Source: Octopus sinensis (Eukaryota). From it: 64,000 nt of DNA. The notes under the pieces are model-generated. The model was not told the DNA's origin and did not search any database. It saw only the letters and a list, made by a program, of their open reading frames with translations. Shown here piece by piece: positions 39,290 to 53,200 of the stretch (within the stretch, counting starts at the first letter, position 1; every line of letters begins with the position of its first letter). Position numbers and translations under genes: made by a program. Location: assembly GCF_006345805.1 (NCBI RefSeq), contig NC_042998.1, forward strand, positions 148,366,001 through 148,430,000, written 5' to 3'.

Positions 39290-39864
39290 TAGTTTGTTGC
39301 ATAACACGGAATATGTCAACCCATTTGTCACTACCTTCCAACGTCAGGTGAGCATTACGGCTATGTTGATATATATGTATATATATATATATGAACACGG
39401 GAAAAAATCAGATTGTTGGTAATATACTCTACCCATGATCAGTAGAAAGAAAAATAAATAGCAGTAGCATACAGAAATCAATGAATTGATTATTATTGAC
39501 AATTCAGAATGGTAGCTTCCTTGTAGATCATAAATATACATATTGATAAACTTGAGAAGCCAAGGGCGAAACTCAGAGTAGACTGGCAATATATGTATCT
39601 ATTCAACAGCATGTTTTAAGTTTTATACTCGAGAACAGGGTCCCAAACTTTTTAGACCACCGGCACCTTCATGAAATCCTTGACCCCTTATCGATCGCCA
39701 GGAATGTACAGGAAAATAAATAAATAATAGTAATAATAATGCAGTTTATCCATACATATACATATACATCATATACATCTATACATAAACATGTATACAT
39801 ATACACCTATAAGTATACATTTATATATATATATATAGACATATATATACATACATATGCACAG

Positions 39865-39938
<74 letters not shown>

Positions 39939-40254
39939 ATTATGTGAAATAGAAAGATGAATAATCTTGTAGCAGATTAATCAAAAGTTTAACCGATACC
40001 TTGGTAGCAAAAATCACAGCAGAAGACAGCACGGTTGGAGGTACAACCATATGGTGTTGCAACCGTGCGTTGGTGCGGATAATTGAAATTAAAATATTAT
40101 TGGTGAATTGGTATATATATTATTGGTATATATATATATATATGCGCGCGTGTGTGTATGCATGTATGTATGTGAGATATTTATGTGAGATAATAGTTTC
40201 AGTATTAATAGTGACGCGTAATACTGAAATAGTGTAAGAGATAAGAGATTGCTC

Positions 40255-40430
40255 CGCGCTCGCATTAGGCAAGAAGTTGAAAATCCTTTTGGCCATGACA
40301 CTACATGGATCCTAAGTAAGGCATGTGTATAATTTGAATGAAATCGGTTGGGTAGTTCTCGAGTTTTAGTGACGCACACATACAGACAAACAGGCAGAGA
40401 GAGAGACGCCCATTTTCCGTTTTAATATAC
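40255..40430 (+). mobile_element. Possible Helentron/HINE-like non-autonomous fragment
   Basis: aatttgaatgaaatcggttgggtagttctcgagttttag..acagacaaacag..ttttaatata resembles the widespread HINE/DINE-1-type 3' block; recognised by pattern only. Confidence 0.35.
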
Positions 40431-40559
40431 ATACATACATACAAACATACATACATACATACATACATACATACATACATACATACACATATGTATATGT
40501 ATGTATTAAGGTATGTTCATTGTTTCTTTATTTTCTCGTTAGAAGCTTGAGAGTTTCAT

Positions 40560-41185
40560 CAGCAACGTTGCTGTTGCTCTTCTTTGAACAGAAAAGCAGA
40601 ATTACAGTGGCTTATACCCGTATCAGGAGCATACGCGATACATGTCATCCCAGGAAAGAGCAAGATCCTATTTAATAGTAACAGCCAAAACCCAGGAACC
40701 GATATCATGTTAAACTGAGAGAGACCTAATGAAGAAGACACCTTCAAGTACCTAGAATCCACTTTGACCTAATACGGCAGATCTCAAAAGGAGATAACAG
40801 CAAAGCTCAGTTTAGCCTCTGCTGCCATGACGAAGCTGAATTACATATTGAAAAAAATTCCATTATCTTTTCCAACAAGACCCTGGTGACTTCGATCCTT
40901 CTGTATGGGATTGAGAGCTGAACTCTTACAGCTGACTTGTGAAGAATTCAGGAATTTGAGCACTGGTGCTTCAGAAACTGTCATTCATCCTGTACACAGA
41001 ACACAAAGCGAACAGAGCACAAAGCGAGCAGAGCACTAACCGAACAGATACGTTGTTAAGCAGGAACCACTCCTTGTTCAGATAAAAAGACGGAAGCTTG
41101 CCTAGTCGGTCGTATATCCCGCCACATCTCCTTGTCCAAAACCATTCTTCAAGTCACAGATGAGGGAAGGAAAAAGAGCAGACAG
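40560..41185 (+). mobile_element. Decayed RTE LINE 3' fragment
   Basis: FKYLES..ASAAMTKL..SILLYGIES.TLTA..RIQEFEHWCFR..KRRKLA.FGRISRH.SLSKTILQ. Confidence 0.8.
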
Positions 41186-41421
41186 AGAGTTTTATTTACT
41201 CTTTGTTTCCTCATTCCACTTTTTGCATCAACCTCCTCGTATTTTTACCGAGTTTTCCCATAGATCAGCAGCCTGGGTTTTAAATAGGACTACCCATATG
41301 CGCCGAGTCTGAAAGGTTGCTTGCAGACACAAAGCACGTTATATAAAAAAATCGAATTATCGTATTTTCACGACGTGGAACTATTAGTAGCACTTATTTA
41401 AATACTGTGCATAATAAATAG

Positions 41422-41530
<109 letters not shown>

Positions 41531-41667
41531 CTGTTTATATTACTAGAGTACATGTTAATTTTTACTAGGAAAAAGTTCCGATGTTTCGGCTTGACACTCT
41601 AATCAATGAGAGCAAACCGAAATTTCGAAGTCACCGTCAACCTTTTCTTTTTAATACTTATATATCG

Positions 41668-41886
41668 AAAGGCGGCGAGCAGGCAGAATCGTTAGTACAC
41701 AAGCGAAATGCTTTGCAGCGTTTCGTCCGGCTTTACGTTTTGAGTTCAAATTCCGCCGAAGTCGACTTTGCCTTATATCTTTGCCTTACATCTTTGCCTT
41801 ACATCTTTCCAGTTGGACATTGGAGTCGATCTAACCGATTTAGCTTCTCTGCCGAAATTGCTAGTCCTGTGCCAAAATTTGAAACC
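41668..41886 (+). mobile_element. tRNA-derived SINE (ggcggcgagctggcagaatcg family)
   Basis: Head aaggcggcgagcaggcagaatcgttag..gagttcaaattccgccgaagtcgactttgcc and tail gtgccaaaatttgaaacc; same family at 42895, 43165 and 58728. Confidence 0.8.
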
Positions 41887-42038
41887 AATATTTATATATC
41901 CACTCTTATGCACTATATGAACACACACACACATGCATTTGTGTGAGTGTATTTGTATCTATGTTTATATATGTGTTTGTGTATATTTATACATTTCTAC
42001 GTATATGTACGTGATGTATGTATGTATGTATGTATGCG

Positions 42039-42083
<45 letters not shown>

Positions 42084-42258
42084 ATATCTATACATACACA
42101 CACACTCACACATATATATACATATATACATACACACATACATCACATACACATATCCGCATGCATATAGTTACATATATATATATATATCGAGAGAGAG
42201 AGTACACACCACACACGCACACACACACACCACACACACACACACACACAACACACAG

Positions 42259-42290
<32 letters not shown>

Positions 42291-42894
42291 TTATATATAT
42301 ATTACTCTTTTTGAAAATCTGGAAATTCATTGCGGAACCCCCTGGATATTACGTGTCGTTACTGTTTATGTTTGTTTACTTAAATATTCGAAAAGTTGCA
42401 TTATAGTATTATTCTAAAGTATGTTTAAATGTTTGGGGAATGGTTAGCATATATATATATATAAATAAACACGTTTGAAATAAAACACCGTTACAAAACT
42501 CAATGAATAAACAAAATATACACTTAAAACAATATGCGTAGATGTAATGAACAAACTGACTCACATGTGGATTTCTGTGTATATGTGTGTATGTGTGTGT
42601 TTGTGTGTGTGCGTGCATGTGTGTGTGTGTGTGTGTGTGTGTGTTTGTGTAATCGTTGTGTGCATGTTGGGTAAATTGTTTTCCGATTAAAAATATGATT
42701 TGTTTTTTGTGAATATTTTGATACCAAAGTAATCCTACACCAAGTGTAAATATAAATATTTACAATCGAAATATATATATTTATACATACATACATATGG
42801 ATATGTAGATACATTTTCATGTGTTTGTGTGTATGTACGTGTGTGTGCCTGTGTATACATGTATGCATATATATGTGCGTGTAATAATAATAGT

Positions 42895-43145
42895 CTTTTC
42901 TACTATAGGCACAGGGACTGGAATTTTTGAGGAGGGGGCTAGTTGATTACATCGATCATGTTGAAACATGCACACAACGATTACACACAAATACACACAC
43001 ACATGCACACGCACTTATTCTATCGACCCTGAAAAGATGAAAACCAAAACTGACCTCGACGAATTCGAACCCAGAACATAAAGACTGACGGAATGCTGAT
43101 AAGCATTTTCTCGGCATGCTAACGATTCTGCCAGCTCGCAGCCTG
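42895..43145 (-). mobile_element. tRNA-derived SINE, same family
   Basis: Minus-strand head aggctgcgagctggcagaatcgttagcatgccg. Confidence 0.75.
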
Positions 43146-43164
43146 AATAATGATAATGATAATG

Positions 43165-43345
43165 ATTTCAAATTTTGGCACAAGGCCTGCAGCTTGTGAG
43201 GGAGGGAATCAGTTGATTGCATGGATCCCACTGCTCCACTAATACGCATTTTATTGATCCCGATATGACTGAAAAGCATAATTTTTCAGAATTTGAAACT
43301 CAGAACGTAAGGACGGACGAAATACCGCAAAGCATTTTGTACGGT
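43165..43345 (-). mobile_element. tRNA-derived SINE, same family, 5'-truncated
   Basis: aatttcaaattttggcacaagg..tttgaaactcagaacgtaa..gaaataccgc. Confidence 0.7.
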
Positions 43346-43896
43346 GGGCGAATATAATAATAACAATAATGATAATTTACGAAGATTGAAGGTAAATACA
43401 CAATGTGTAGAGCGCGATATGATTTGTAATAAATTGAGATTGACTATTTTAGGAATTGGACAATCTTTCGAGGGTGTGTCTGCCTTCCTCGGGTTCAATA
43501 TAAAAAAAAAAAAATTAAAATGCATAGAAATTCATAAGTTCAAAATTTAAACTGAAATATTTTGCGTTTCGCTTTTTTTAAAATAAGTAACAAAGAATAT
43601 GGAAAGAAAAACAAGAAAGAAGGACAATAGAGAAAACAGGAAAGAGAACACATTCTCAAAAATTTTGTGCCAGTGTGACGGAGTTCTGTCATTACTCCTC
43701 TTGCGGCAGTTTTCGGAATCAAATTTTTATGCCTAATTTTAGCTATCAAAGTAAAATTAATGACCGAATTCCTTTAGTGATTAATTGGCATTAAACCCAA
43801 CTTGATTTATGTTAGCTGTGCAACAGAATAATTAAATGAAAAATCCAATGGCCATAGGTACAACGTCAGGTATAATATCAGTTCGACGGAACTTAC

Positions 43897-43936
43897 CGAA
43901 CGTTTTACATCAAACGCCTGTAAATTTGAAGAACGC
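43897..43936 (-). CDS. Candidate 40-bp micro-exon
   Basis: Canonical acceptor gtactttcag and donor CG/gtaagt; only one of three frames is open (RSSNLQAFDVKRS). Confidence 0.35.
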
Positions 43937-44902
43937 CTGAAAGTACACGTTCTCAGAACACGGATATAAATATATTTATGAATGACTAATGTCACACCCT
44001 GGAACAATGCATAAAATGACTGGAGCACTCCATCACATTTATACGAAATTTTTGAGTAAGTGTTCTTTCCCCGTTTTCTTTTTCTTCTTTATTTTTTTTC
44101 TTCTTCCTTGTTACCAGTTATGAAAAAACAAAAATTGATGACTTACGTGGAGCTACACTCACTTTTCAGATAGAACAAATTTCTTATCGGTGCCCATCTA
44201 TAAATGGAAGAAGGACAAGTCGAACAATGTTCCTCGGCCTTTATATTGCAGTATCTTACTCTTTTACTGTCTCTTTTTAATTCCTGGACGTTTTTGAAAA
44301 TAATCTTGAGAACTTAGTCACTTACTTTTAATTTACTGCGAACCCTTCTGATAAATGATGATACAGGTTTTACCAAAGTCACGTGTGCCGAAAACAGATT
44401 GATAAAATCGGCAGAAATGGGTTTAAAGTACTGCACTGTATACATAAATATTACATATTAATACAGACACACATACACATACACAGATTCACACACACAC
44501 ACACACACACACGTACAAGCACACAAACGCAGGAACACACATACACACATGTATATTCATTCATATATATATATATGTGTGTGTGTGTGTATGTGCGTGT
44601 GTGTGTGTGTTTGTGTGTGTGTATGTATATAATTCAACCTACGCACGGAAAACAACGCTAGATTAGGATAGCCATGTGTTTAACATTTATAATGTATACA
44701 TAAATGTGTATCAGTGGTAGACAATATTTTGTCGCAGAGAAAATTCTAAAACAGACTTATGAGCTAAAAGACATAATATTACAATCAGCACCGTTAAACA
44801 TTAGAAATGTTACAAAAAGTATCATGTATATATGTCTGCAATGTATATGTATATAAATATATAAGTGTATGTATATGTATGCATATGCATGCATTTATAT
44901 AT

Positions 44903-44937
<35 letters not shown>

Positions 44938-45198
44938 ATATATATATATATATATATATATTCATGCATACATATTCACATAAATGTATACATATATAGA
45001 TATATGTATATGTACACACACATATATACATATATACATACATACACATATATGTATATATATATATATTTAATATATACCTACATACACATATATGTAG
45101 ATTATAGATTATATCTACTTATTATATGTGAACATATTTATATATGCATAACAGACAAAAGTATACATACATACTACATACATACATACATATATATA

Positions 45199-45239
<41 letters not shown>

Positions 45240-45370
45240 TAGATATATATATATATATATATGTATTTATATGTTAGTAAGTATATGTTTGTGTGCGTGC
45301 GTAGGGATGGCGTAGTCTCTCTCTCTTCCTCTCTATCTCTCTCTATATATATATAGAAAGAGAGGCAGAG

Positions 45371-45470
45371 NNNNNNNNNNNNNNNNNNNNNNNNNNNNNN
45401 NNNNNNNNNNNNNNNNNNNNNNNNNNNNNNNNNNNNNNNNNNNNNNNNNNNNNNNNNNNNNNNNNNNNNN
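45371..45470. other. Assembly gap (100 N)
   Basis: Run of N. Confidence 1.
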
Positions 45471-45543
45471 GTCTGTCTGTCTGTCTGTCTGTCTATCTGT
45501 CTATCTATACACTAATATATATACACACATATATATGTGTGTG

Positions 45544-45591
<48 letters not shown>

Positions 45592-46397
45592 GCATACATT
45601 GATTTATATATACATATACATATGTATATATATCCATATATATATATACATATGTATGTGTATATGCGCATATCTATGCATTTACACTATATATATATCT
45701 ACACACATACTGTATGCATGAATACAAATATGCATTCATTCACACACACACACACAGACATATATGTATACGCACACACACACACCTATATTCACCTCTT
45801 CCCGCATACTGCTTTATCATTCCACCGAATCCCTCCTCCATCATCAACTTCACTGATTCGAAACAATCGACAAGTAGTTCTTTGATGTTTTGCCGTCCTA
45901 ATGAATGCCATGCTGACTTTGGTGAGATGATGTAATAATAATATCTCGTAATTATAATGCAGCTCTTTTTGTTTGTTTTTCTCCCTGTTTTCTGAACTAC
46001 GTGGAATATTTTGAAGGCGGGGTGGTGTGTGTGATGAACGTGGTGCGGTGTGTAGCCATTGAATATAATATTTTGTGTGACAGGTAATAATAGTAAGGTG
46101 GGTGGTTTGGAGGGGAATGCGCAAGAACTGATCTGAAGAATTGTGAGAAATATTTGAGATATTAATCATATTTTTCTGTATTTCCTCAGCATTTGGCTCG
46201 GCCTTATTACCTCCCCAGTTCCTACTAGTGGTTTCTTATACATCCACACTCATTGGCAATAACTCTGTCACAAGAGAAGTTCTTGCAATGCTGAAGACAA
46301 TGCCATGCTCACGGTGGAGGACAACAGACATATATTTTCTGATATACAGTATGTGTGAGTGAGTGTGCCTTCGTGTATGCGCGTGGTGTATGAATAA

Positions 46398-46463
<66 letters not shown>

Positions 46464-46467
46464 TATA

Positions 46468-47338
46468 CAGGGTGCGATGGGTAAATTGTCGCCATTTATA
46501 CTTTTGATTTCGCGCATTGTTTGTTTTTAAATCTTGTCGACTACACAGTATAGTAGGGTTAATTGCGTATCGTCTGTTAGAAAAACAGCACCATGACGCA
46601 ATTCACTCTGCCACATATTTGGAAACGACATACTGTACTGCTTGGCATTTGCACCGGAAGCTGCAATATAAACATTTCAAAGTGTTTGGGTGTCAATCTG
46701 AGGATAATGTAATCTGAGGACATGTACCGAGTGTGATAAAAATCAAACATCTAGTCAGCATCATGGTGTTTAGAGTGATCACTATTGATGGCGACATTAT
46801 GATTCCATTCATCTTCCCACTCAACATGGATGCCAACATCAAGTGCTTGGAGGAGTAGTGTTGCTATGGGTCAAGAGGGTGGCGGCTGAAAGACCCTGGA
46901 TCTGGCAACAGGACTCTGCACCATGGTACACAAGCAGGAGAACCCAGTCATGGTTGTCAGACAATTTCTGCGACTACATCACCCCTAACATCTGGTCACT
47001 TAACTCCCCAGACTGGAACCCTCTTGATTATTATGTGTGGGGTGCAGTTGAGTGAGAGACCAACAAAACTCCTTGTAACACCAAAGATAAACTGAAGGGA
47101 AGGATTATGGCAGCATTCACCAACTTAAACAATGAGACTGTCCAGAAGAGTTGTAAGAGATTCCGAAGTGGTTTGGAGGCCATGGTTGAAGCAAATGGAG
47201 ATTTTATTAAATAAATTTACTCTTTAGTATTTCAAGATATTTTTTACATAATTTTGGGTAAATATATCTGTTAAAATGAGATGTCAATGTTATTTTCACT
47301 TTTGCGTAATTTAGAGGACAATTTATTCACTGCACCCA
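46468..47338 (+). mobile_element. maT-family (DD37D) Tc1/mariner deletion derivative
   Basis: TIRs cagggtgcgatgggtaaattgtc and ggacaatttattcactgcaccca; WQQDSAP...SPDWNPLDYYVW with 37 residues between the second and third Asp. Confidence 0.88.
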
Positions 47339-47411
47339 TATATAATACTAGTAATATAATATATATTATATATATATATATTATATATATATAGTATATA
47401 TGTATATATAT

Positions 47412-47476
<65 letters not shown>

Positions 47477-47559
47477 ATGTGTATACACACACATATAAGT
47501 AGTGTAAATATGATAATATATCATAGAGCAGTAATCTTCTTTTATCTTCTTTTATTTGT

Positions 47560-47705
47560 GTCAGTCAACAGACTGCCGGCCATGCTGGGTCTTCATCACG
47601 AAAGGTTTTAGTTGAATAAATCCTAGTACTTATTCTTTTTATATCTACTGCCCATTTTATGAGTCTCTTTCACCGAACTGCTAAACTGCATGACGTAAGC
47701 AGACC
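47560..47705 (-). mobile_element. SINE tail fragment (family of 50150-50545)
   Basis: gactgccggccatgctgg..tagtacttattctt..gtctctttcaccgaactgctaa, the reverse complement of the 50400-50530 tail. Confidence 0.7.
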
Positions 47706-47734
47706 AGCACGGACTGTCAAGCGTATGTGAGAAT

Positions 47735-47895
47735 AGAGGAGGAAGTGGTTGTGTGGTGAGAAGTTTGCTTCCCACCCACATGGTTCCAGATTCAGTCCAA
47801 CTGCGTGACACCCTGGACAGGTGTCTTCTATTATAGCCTCGGGCGACTAAAGCCCTGAGAGGGGTTTTGATAGGCTAAAAGTGAAAGAAGCCCAT
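47735..47895 (+). mobile_element. SINE 5' half
   Basis: gtggtgagaagtttgcttcccacccacatggttcc..gtgtcttctattatagcctcggg..gaaagaagccc. Confidence 0.8.
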
Positions 47896-48121
47896 AGTAT
47901 ATAGTATATATATATATATATATATAGTATATATATATAGATATATATATATATATATCTATATCAAAATAGGCAACAGGATATCAAGTAGGGATGCAGT
48001 ACGACCGTTTCAAACGTCTCCATTTAATTGAACAATGCAATCATCACATAAATTAAATGTAGTGCTGATTTGCAGAATAAGCAAAAAACAGTGGTTGTCA
48101 AGCGTGTGTGAGAGTGAGGGA

Positions 48122-48227
48122 AGGATGTGGTTGTGTGGCATCTTGGGCAAGTGTCTTCTACTATAACCTCGGGCCGGTCAAAGCCTTGTAAGTGGATTTA
48201 GTAGAGGGAAGCTGAAAGAAGCCCGTC

Positions 48228-48230
<3 letters not shown>
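48122..48230 (+). mobile_element. SINE central-domain fragment
   Basis: ttgggcaagtgtcttctactataacctcgggcc..gctgaaagaagcccgtcg. Confidence 0.8.
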
Positions 48231-48308
<78 letters not shown>

Positions 48309-48448
48309 TATATATATATAATATATATACATAAATATGTATGTACATATGTCTTTGAGTCTGAGTTCCCTATCATGCTTGTCAAACGGTAGCAGGGGAC
48401 GAACACAGACCCTCTCGCGCACACACAAACACACACGACACGTATACT

Positions 48449-48486
<38 letters not shown>

Positions 48487-49090
48487 GTTTCAATACAGGT
48501 TTGATTACACAACCCTATTGTAAAATTAATTTTGGCGTGATAATACAAGAAGAAATCAGAAAAAAACATAAATGAGGACTATGCTTGTGTATTTTCCAAT
48601 TAGCGACACAAAGTTGCCATTCCGAAAGTGACAATGACGTCTCAGATAAATGGAAGTTCCACAGATATTTATGAGACAGCAAAAAAAATAAATAAACAAA
48701 AAATCTCAGAAAACTCATAAATTCATACAAAATAATTTCCATATAGCAGACAATAATTGAATATCTAGATATAGCGATTTGAAAGTATATATAAAGTAGA
48801 CTGTCTATGATTGGTCTTGGTACAAATGTCGTCTGGTCCGCCATTAAATGTGACCTTGTCATTACGAAACATTTGAGAACATTTTGGTTTAAACTATAAC
48901 TTGTTCCATTATATTGTTCTAGAGTAGTATATGTTTAAGAATAACTTACAATGGTGGTGTATTTTGCTATATTGTTGTCTTGTCTAGTGCGGCAAATGTC
49001 GGAATTTAATGTTCATCTATTTGTACATATATATTTGTACTCACACATATAAAATCATGCACAGACAATATATATATATATGAATATATG

Positions 49091-49433
49091 GGCACAAGAA
49101 GTCACAAACTGTAAACAACATGAAATACGAATACAAATGGAAAACTGGACGAATAACATAAAGAACGATCACTCATCAGTTGTCGGCTGTCCATCTACTC
49201 CTCATTTCGAGCATTGAACGACAATATGAGTTTTCGAAATCAGTTGCTCTCACATAAGCCAAAATAAAATTTGAGATTTATGAAGGGTAAAAGTTGGTCT
49301 CAAAAACAGGACAGTGGGAACATACAAGGAAACCGAACGAAAACAAACATGGAGGGTCGTTGTTTATGTTATTTGTCCTATTTTGCATTTATTTTCGTAT
49401 TTCATGTTGTCTAGCGTTTGTGAGGTTCTGTAC
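49091..49433. mobile_element. Short element with ~77-bp imperfect inverted termini
   Basis: 49091-49168 is the approximate reverse complement of 49357-49433 (cacaaac..acaacatgaaatacgaa..aataacataaa.aacga). Confidence 0.7.
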
Positions 49434-49443
49434 TCATATATGC

Positions 49444-49493
<50 letters not shown>

Positions 49494-49517
49494 ATGTATA
49501 TATATATATAGCAATAA

Positions 49518-49920
49518 TTAAGGGTTTAGCAACAAGATAGTACTGCAGAAATAGATCCGCAGTACTATCTTGTGACGCACATGTTAAACTTGGAGGGAAA
49601 TATGAATTCACACGTCTATATAAGTTTGGATATACTATGTTCTGATGGCGCTTGATCAGAAATGCAGAAGGTAAGTTATAGTATTTTCAAATTTATAACT
49701 CTCGAAATATTATGCTGACAAAAGAAATGAATTTTTATCATTCTAATCCAGAAACGCGTCCATAATTAATCGAAGACTGTTTGATTTCATTATTTTTCTT
49801 CTTTTTACCTATGTGAGTTACAAATATTGTTATCTGTGGAGACATATTTTGTAGGAAAACGAAATAACGGCCTTTTGGCTGCTATTTCTAAATTTTCGGT
49901 ATTTGTTGCTAACCCCTTAA
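49518..49920. mobile_element. Kolobok-like non-autonomous DNA transposon
   Basis: TTAA-GGGTTTAGCAACAA ... TTGTTGCTAACCCC-TTAA: TTAA flanks with RR..YY termini. Confidence 0.55.
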
Positions 49921-50085
49921 GTATTGTTATAATTATATATAAAAAAAAAAAATTTTTAAGTTTTTACCAAATATGGTTCTTTTCCATACCGAAAACTACT
50001 TGCTAAAATTTATTAATTAATAATTTTTTACCCTATATCTGTAATGATTATATATATACATATATGTGTATATATATATAATATA

Positions 50086-50149
<64 letters not shown>

Positions 50150-50545
50150 CTGTATGGTAAGAAACTTGCTTCCAAACTACATGGTTCCGGTTCAGTCTCA
50201 CTGCGTGGCATTTTGGGCAAGTGTCTTCTACTATAGCCTCGGGCCCGCCAAAGCCTTGTGAGTGGATTTGGTAGACGGAAACTGAAAGAAGCCCGTTGTA
50301 TATACATATGTGTGTGTGTGTCTGTGTGTGTGTTTGTCTCTGTGTTTGTCCCCACCCCATTGTCGCTTAATAACCGATGGTGGTGTGTCTATGTCCCCGT
50401 AACTTTGCGGTTTGGTCCAAGAGACCAATAGGATGAGTACTAAGCTATCAAAGAATAAGCCCTGGGTTCGATTTTTCGACTAAAACCCCTTCAGACGGCG
50501 CTCCAGCATGGCCGTAGTCACATGACTAAAGCATGTAAAAGAGTA
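50150..50545 (+). mobile_element. tRNA-derived SINE with internal microsatellite
   Basis: Head gtatggtaagaaacttgcttcc, core ttgggcaagtgtcttctactatagcctcggg, tail ctccagcatggccgtagtc. Confidence 0.85.
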
Positions 50546-50551
50546 TGTATG

Positions 50552-50583
<32 letters not shown>

Positions 50584-51592
50584 CGTGTGTATAAATATAA
50601 ATATACATGTATATGTATATTCATATGGACACGCACACACACACACAAACACACACACTCATATATTTAGGTGCATGCGTGGCTGTGTGGCATGAAATTT
50701 GTTTCCCAACCACATGGCTCTGCATTTTATACAAGAAAATATTTCTAGTCTTTTTCAAAGCAAACATGGATTTATAAGGTTTAGCAAACATGGACACGGA
50801 ATCTCCCTCCTGGTAATGTACCTTCCCTACCTCAGAACATAGGCACGTGTCTCCTTGCTCGAGTTAGCCTGTAAGGACAGTGAAGTTCATGGGCACTTCC
50901 TAATATTCCAGGCTGAAATAAAATGTAGGATGACGAGTTTGACATAGTTAGTGCTAATTCATCTTCTTCAAGCAGGAGGCTGACATACCATCACAGATTT
51001 TAGAATTATTAATGATTTAATCATCGGAGGAATGGTGAGGATGTAGAATATTTCCTTAACTCCACAGCCATCCTTAAATACAGTTCCAAGTAAAAGAAAA
51101 TCTGTTCTAGTGTAGAACTACCAATTAGTGAACAAGACTTATGAAACATTATAAATCGGCGATTATCATAAAAGGAAGGAGACAGATTACCCTTGGTATG
51201 AGGATTGAAGGACTGAACAAGGGTGGACAAACTGCAACGTTTAATAAATTTAAGACGGTTCAGTTTTTTTTTTAAATTTATCATGGCCAAACATCATGGT
51301 AGAGGAAAAATTTTATAGAGACCAATTCTATTTAATATAAGAGATAGATCAACAAGACTTTCAACAATATTTGTTGTGAGTGGGGGTTATATACGTCAGT
51401 CTGAGAACAGCTGTGTTACATCGTGTTAATGACTTTATTAAAAACACAAATTATCTATTCTATCATCGTCTGTCGTTCGTTATAACCAATTATGTCCTTA
51501 TACACAGACACGAAGATTATATTTATACATGCACACACACACACACACACACGCACACTAACGCACACAACACGTACATACACACACATACA

Positions 51593-51656
<64 letters not shown>

Positions 51657-52079
51657 CGTACAAACAAACATACACATACAAAACATACCTACATTCATAC
51701 ATACATACAATGCCTAAATACCAATCTTAAGAAATTAGGCTTCTCAAAATCAAAAAGGAGGTAGCTGATTCGAAGACTATAGATCCAATCCATCACTGGA
51801 AGTAAAAATCTGTAAAACCTTCAAGAAGTTTATCATTTAGTTATATGCGAGCATGTCTAGATATGCAAGTATATGCACTAGAAGACATACATAAAACAAA
51901 ACATACAAATCTGCACATATACATACATGCAAAAATATCCTGTTGGCGTTGAAATTCCAATGAAGGTAACTTTGATCTAGGTTAGAAACTGGCACTTTCT
52001 CTATTAGCAAGAAATCTTGAAAGAAACCTGAATAATGACATACGTACATTATCCCTGTAGGGACCATCATCATAAATCA

Positions 52080-52900
52080 AGATTGACTTTCTAGCGTATA
52101 TGATGAGCTCGATGATGTTGGTGAACTGCTCGCCGAAACCTAAAGCCTTGAAGAGGAGAGATTTCGAGATTGAAAGATAGAAATCTACAATGTCGAACAG
52201 GGTGAACCTGCAGCCTATTTCATTCTCAATGTTGCGGAACCAGTTGATTTTTGTTGTGCATTCCTGTAGTCCTTGGAGTTGATAATATTAAGAATACGCT
52301 TGCTAGAAATGCCTTTCGCGCCCTTAGAGAGTTCTCATCAACTCCATTCAAGAATAGAAAGTTGGGCTTATGAGTCATATGCGTAATATGGCAGTGGGCT
52401 TGTCGGGGTGGACCACGCGATCCTCCATCTTTAGAAGGATGGCGAGCTCTTTCGCATCAGTGTTTATGTCATTATATGTAGATATGTTGGTTTTCTTATG
52501 TGTTTTGGTGACTGAATTTGTAAGAAGTCTTGCGTACGTGGAAGTATTATTTCCTATATGTTCTTTGTTTTATCTGCAAGGATGTGTACATTAGAGGATT
52601 GCTTCATGCGATGTAGTTGCTTAAAGAATTAGAACGATGCTGAAACCTTACCATCATTATGGTATTCATTAAGTCAGCTTCTAAGCTCTCGAGGTATTTT
52701 ATCTGTGGCAAGAACGTTCGGAATTTAAAGCCGAACCTAGCTGTGGTGGATGGGTTCACGAACAAAAGAAGGCCCCCAGTGTTGTTGACCTTTCCTGTTT
52801 TCTCGGCGAGGAAAGTTAAATACAATTTTCTTAGTGGTATTTGGATATTTCTCAAAGTGTATGACAGCGGTTGCTTCTCCATTGTAAACTGTTTATTCGA
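52080..52900 (-). mobile_element. PLE family A fragment, N-terminus and start of RT
   Basis: YTLRNIQIP..YL..LAEK..FGFKFRTF..LESLEADL..(A)NKTKN..INWFRNIENE..FTLFDIVDFYLSISKSLL. Confidence 0.8.
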
Positions 52901-53168
52901 TGTTTGTGGATTGAGCTCAACTGAATTTGGGGCACTTGCACGAGTGGGTGGATAAGTGTGGCACTCTGTAATTTTGGTAGGGTTTATGTACATTATTTAG
53001 TTATAGTTTAGTCTTTATTTCTGTCTGTATTCCTATGACCATCTATTAAGATATGATGTTGGTGGCTATTCTGTGTCTAGGAAGTAGGGTGTGATTTGAT
53101 AGCGACATCAGTTCGTTGGTGTGCGTTTACACGAACTTTAATCAAACTGTTTTATATATATATATATG

Positions 53169-53200
<32 letters not shown>

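Noticed and set aside
39634-39710. cagggtcccaaacttttt, a hAT-like terminus
   Set aside because: No matching second terminus or 8-bp TSD found.
46215-46300. Minus-strand HCKNFSCDRVIANECGC, reminiscent of a cystine-knot C-terminus
   Set aside because: Bounded by stops, no convincing acceptor, and the cysteine spacing matches no family I can name.
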